From a virus: 64,000 nt of DNA. Below the pieces are notes generated by a model. That model did not search any database. It was not told the DNA's origin and saw only the letters and a list, made by a program, of their open reading frames with translations. The position numbers and the translations under genes are program-made. This document shows positions 60,730 to 64,000 of this stretch, in pieces. The stretch spans positions 1 through 64,000 of the IMG/VR virus record IMGVR_UViG_3300032236_001304; one strand, written 5' to 3'. Each line of letters begins with the position of its first letter. The stretch's first letter is position 1.

Positions 60730-60996
60730 ATGGCAAAAGAAGTAAAAACCGATAACTTAAGTATCGAAGAAAGAACAGTTTTGGCTTTAGAAAGACAAGC
60801 AAAAGCATATGAAAGAATGGCTGGTGCACAAGAAGACTTAGCTGATTGGTTTCATGGATTCGATAGAAAGACTTGGACTGAAAAGTTAGAGTGGTACTTA
60901 CATGAGTTCTATCAAATTATGAAAACTAAGCAAGTAGGTGGTTCTATATCTAGACCTGATAGAGGTTATGAGAGAGAAGCAGATGAGCAAAAATAA
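60730..60996 (+). CDS. hypothetical protein
   Basis: 88-aa ORF. Confidence 0.65.
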   Translation: MAKEVKTDNLSIEERTVLALERQAKAYERMAGAQEDLADWFHGFDRKTWTEKLEWYLHEFYQIMKTKQVGGSISRPDRGYEREADEQK

Positions 60997-62404
60997 AAAA
61001 CTAGCAGTTGTAGTTCCTTATAGAGATAGGAAATCACATTTAGATATTTTCATAGAATATATGGAAACCTATTTAAATGAATATGATTATTCTATTTACA
61101 TCATCGAACAAAATGATGACAGACCTTTTAATAGAGGTAAACTTCTTAACATTGGTGCAAAGGTAGCAATGAAAGAGGGATGTGATTATTTTGCGTTTCA
61201 TGATGTTGATATGTTACCACAACCTGGTGTTGATTATTCCTTTGCAGATGTTCCTACACATTTATCTACCGAATTAGATGGTGATGTTCCATTTTTAGAT
61301 TACTTTGGTGGAGTTACATTATTTAACGTACAGGATTTTAAAATCATTAACGGATATTCAAATGAGTATTGGGGTTGGGGATTTGAAGATGATGACCTAT
61401 TATATAGATGTATTGGTAAAGGATTATCATTAGAAACTAAAAAGATAGGATTACCAGAAAAAGAATTTTTAATTAACTATTTTAAATTTAATGGTTCATC
61501 ATCTTACATTAGAATACCATACAAAAATATGAGTTCGGTATTTAGTGGTGATTTTACTATTTCAATGAAAATAAAACCGGAAGATTGTAAAATAAATCAA
61601 AACGTAGAGTTTGATGAATATTATGCAGTATCAATTCCAGGTAGAAATACAGGTATATCATACACATCATTTAAAAGATATAAATCAGAAATTTGGGATA
61701 AGGAAGGCAATTCAAACTCAATTCAATCAGATATATTAGGAGAAGTTTGGTCACATTTAGTTATGGTTAAAGTTGATGATAAATTATCATTTTACCTTAA
61801 TGGTGAATTAATTGAAGAAAAGGAAATTGGATTGGAAATATTTAATTACACTACCGATTATTTTTATATTGGTGTAGGTAATCCAAATGAAGAAATAAAT
61901 AAATTTTATTTTAAAGGATTAATTTCAGAATTTGCAGTTTGGAACATTGGATTAGATGATAACAATGTAAAGGAAATATATGAAAACTCGTATTATAAAT
62001 CAATTCTAAATGATTATAGAAGATATAATAAATCTAAATATTTAAAATGTTATTATGATTTTAAAAACTTTAGAGATAATGTAATTCAGGATTTGAGTGG
62101 TAATAAAAATAATGGTTTTATTTATAACTGTGAAGATGGTTATTTGATTAATAAATTTGAAACTGAAATTGTAGTTCCAACAAGAAGAGATGGAAAATTC
62201 AAAACACTTAAACATAAATCAAATTCAACAATTGGTAATAGTTGGGTTCATTATGAAACAAGAAAAAACCAAAAGAGATTTTATAATGAAATGAAAGGAA
62301 ACATTGTAGATTTGAATATAGATGGGTTAAATAGTTGTAGATATAAATTAATAGATGAAGAACAACTTACTAACAAAACTAAATTAATTAAAGTAGAATT
62401 ATAA
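60983..62404 (+). CDS. GT7 with inserted LamG domain
   Basis: VVPYRDR, FNRGKLLN, FHDVD, WGWGFEDDDL; LamG-like WSH..YLNG..FKGLISEFAVW; probable start ATG60983. Confidence 0.85.
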   Translation: MSKNKKLAVVVPYRDRKSHLDIFIEYMETYLNEYDYSIYIIEQNDDRPFNRGKLLNIGAKVAMKEGCDYFAFHDVDMLPQPGVDYSFADVPTHLSTELDGDVPFLDYFGGVTLFNVQDFKIINGYSNEYWGWGFEDDDLLYRCIGKGLSLETKKIGLPEKEFLINYFKFNGSSSYIRIPYKNMSSVFSGDFTISMKIKPEDCKINQNVEFDEYYAVSIPGRNTGISYTSFKRYKSEIWDKEGNSNSIQSDILGEVWSHLVMVKVDDKLSFYLNGELIEEKEIGLEIFNYTTDYFYIGVGNPNEEINKFYFKGLISEFAVWNIGLDDNNVKEIYENSYYKSILNDYRRYNKSKYLKCYYDFKNFRDNVIQDLSGNKNNGFIYNCEDGYLINKFETEIVVPTRRDGKFKTLKHKSNSTIGNSWVHYETRKNQKRFYNEMKGNIVDLNIDGLNSCRYKLIDEEQLTNKTKLIKVEL

Positions 62405-63852
62405 TGCACAAATTAGGAGTATGTGTACCATATAGAAATAGAGAAGCTCATTTAAAAGAGTTTTCACCAAGAGTTCATAAATTCTTAAAGGAGCAAGGTA
62501 TTGAACATAAAATTTATTTTGCACATCAATGTGATGATAAATTGTTCAATAGAGGTAAAATGAAAAACATTGCAGCAAAACACGCATTTGATGATGGGTG
62601 TGATTATATTGTATGGCACGATATAGATATGGTACCAGAAGATGAGTCTTGTGATTATAGCTTCAATCCTGAGAACCCTAAACATTTAGCTGTAAGAATA
62701 TCTCAAACAGATTATAACCTCAAATATGAGGAGTATTTTGGTGGTGCAGTACTATTCACAAAAGAACAAGTTGAAGCAACTAATGGTTATTCAAATGATT
62801 ATTGGGATTGGGGTATGGAAGATGATGATTTATTTTGGAGATGTGTATTGACAGGAAACGCAGAACAACATTATTTATCAGAACAATTTAAAAATCAAAA
62901 ATATGGTTATTTCAATGGTAAAGATAGTTTTGTAAAAATTGAACCTAGTAGGAGTATTAGAAATCTTTGTTCACGTTCTCATTCAGTTTCAATGTTAGTT
63001 AGAGCACATCAACAAGAAGAAAAAGTTCCTATTTATTTAATTGGTGATGAAGATAGAAGATTTTGTGAATATCCAATACTTCGTAGACCAGGACATGATT
63101 GGGGTATATCTTATAACAATAGTAGAGCATTTACTACAATGTTATGGAACAACGAAAGAAACTTTTTATACCTTTGGGCAAAAAGATACGAACAACAATG
63201 GACATGGGTTACATTGACGGTAGATGATGATAATAAAGAAATTTCACTTTATATCAATGGAAAAAAGAGCGATGCCAGATTTGGTACAGGATTATCCTCT
63301 CCGTTGATTTACGAGGGGTTTTTAAAGAGGTATGGTACTGAAGCTTACTATTTAGGTACAACAACTTCGGTAGGTGAAAATGAGGTTAATAAGTGGTTTA
63401 AAGGTGATATTGCAAAAGTAATGATGTGGGATAGATGTTTAGACGAAGATGAAATTTTGGATTTTCCTAACGATGCAGTATTAGAATATGATTTTGAAAA
63501 CATAACGGATAATATTTTAGAAGATTTGAGTGGTAATGAAAATAATGGTATAATTCATAATGTTGAAATTAAAGAAGAAGATATTTTGAAAGTTCACAAT
63601 ACTATCTTACCTTTCCGTAGAGATGGTAAGTTTGAATGTTTACCACATCAAACGGAAGGATTGATTAGTGTAGGTGGTGTAGATAAATGGGCAAAGGGTG
63701 AAACAACTGCAAGAAATGAAAGAAGATATATTTTAGAAATGCAGCAGGGTAAGTATAATTGGAAAAATGATGGAATGAATAGTTTAGAATATGAACTAAT
63801 ATCAGTAGATGATATTGGTAACAATTCTGTAATAATAAATTGTAAAGCATAA
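62404..63852 (+). CDS. GT7 with inserted LamG domain
   Basis: CVPYRNR, FNRG, WHDID, YWDWGMEDDDL; LamG-like LYING..FKGDIAKVMMW. Confidence 0.85.
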   Translation: MHKLGVCVPYRNREAHLKEFSPRVHKFLKEQGIEHKIYFAHQCDDKLFNRGKMKNIAAKHAFDDGCDYIVWHDIDMVPEDESCDYSFNPENPKHLAVRISQTDYNLKYEEYFGGAVLFTKEQVEATNGYSNDYWDWGMEDDDLFWRCVLTGNAEQHYLSEQFKNQKYGYFNGKDSFVKIEPSRSIRNLCSRSHSVSMLVRAHQQEEKVPIYLIGDEDRRFCEYPILRRPGHDWGISYNNSRAFTTMLWNNERNFLYLWAKRYEQQWTWVTLTVDDDNKEISLYINGKKSDARFGTGLSSPLIYEGFLKRYGTEAYYLGTTTSVGENEVNKWFKGDIAKVMMWDRCLDEDEILDFPNDAVLEYDFENITDNILEDLSGNENNGIIHNVEIKEEDILKVHNTILPFRRDGKFECLPHQTEGLISVGGVDKWAKGETTARNERRYILEMQQGKYNWKNDGMNSLEYELISVDDIGNNSVIINCKA

Positions 63853-64000
63853 TGGGACAGTACGAAAAATTTGAAAAGGTAAGAAGACAACTAAATGATG
63901 TAGGTGCAGGATTTTGTTTAGCAAAATGGATGCAGGTAACATTACATTTACATATTGGACATAACCATAGTTGTCACCATCCACAAACACATAAAATATC
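63852..64000 (+). CDS. radical SAM protein, N-terminal twitch/SPASM-like segment (truncated by window edge)
   Basis: MGQYEKFEKVRRQLNDVGAGFCLAKWMQVTLHLHIGHNHSCHHPQTHKI...; FC.AKW..SCHHP recalled from phage rSAM N-termini; CxxxCxxC not within the window. Confidence 0.6.
   Translation, partial: MGQYEKFEKVRRQLNDVGAGFCLAKWMQVTLHLHIGHNHSCHHPQTHKI

Noticed and set aside
3774-60982. ORF-track start sites 3774, 10187, 59223 and 60938
   Set aside because: Downstream in-frame ATGs (3867, 10256, 59238, 60983) fit promoter positions, gene overlaps and domain starts better.
2046-63990. All minus-strand ORFs in the six-frame track, and the + strand overlap 19324-19542
   Set aside because: They shadow longer motif-bearing + strand genes, have biased F/L/I/S composition and show no recognisable motifs.
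1-64000. Stop-codon reassignment
   Set aside because: Long conserved genes are intact in code 11, and TAA and TAG both end genes at sensible positions.

Overview
A 64-kb segment of a large, very AT-rich tailed phage. Baseplate genes (gp5-, gp25- and gp6-like) point to a contractile tail. All credible genes are on the + strand and read in standard code 11. The likely host is a Bacteroidota bacterium: there are repeated TTTG-N19/20-TAnnTTTG promoters, A-rich leaders without Shine-Dalgarno (SD) sites, and Bacteroidota-like iscU/iscA. Layout: (1) about 1-9 kb, small early-type genes, operator-like palindromes and two candidate structured RNAs. (2) 10.2-16.6 kb, an AT-richer cassette with four 2OG-Fe(II) oxygenases, a circularly permuted ATP-grasp/Hint/Cys-rich-peptide fusion, a Zn-finger protein, a sulfotransferase and a GT-like enzyme; these enzymes share a C-terminal KK(x)T(L/I)(L/I)-like tail. 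This is the best candidate for an undescribed system: RiPP-like autoproteolytic peptide release plus tailoring. (3) 16.7-27.6 kb, two DNA methyltransferases, an HD nuclease, Hsp20, an acetyltransferase, iscU/iscA, def, a gp55-like sigma factor and a carbamoyltransferase. (4) 27.6-45.7 kb, baseplate and virion structural genes preceded by a recurring ATA(T/C)TTAT motif. (5) 45.7-50.3 kb, a T7-endonuclease-I-like resolvase, a primase and a fused Mre11-Rad50 (gp47-gp46) protein. (6) 51-64 kb, a tail fibre followed by a glycosylation island with three GT7 enzymes that each carry an inserted LamG domain, then the start of a radical SAM gene. All calls come from motifs recognised by eye; no database searches were run.
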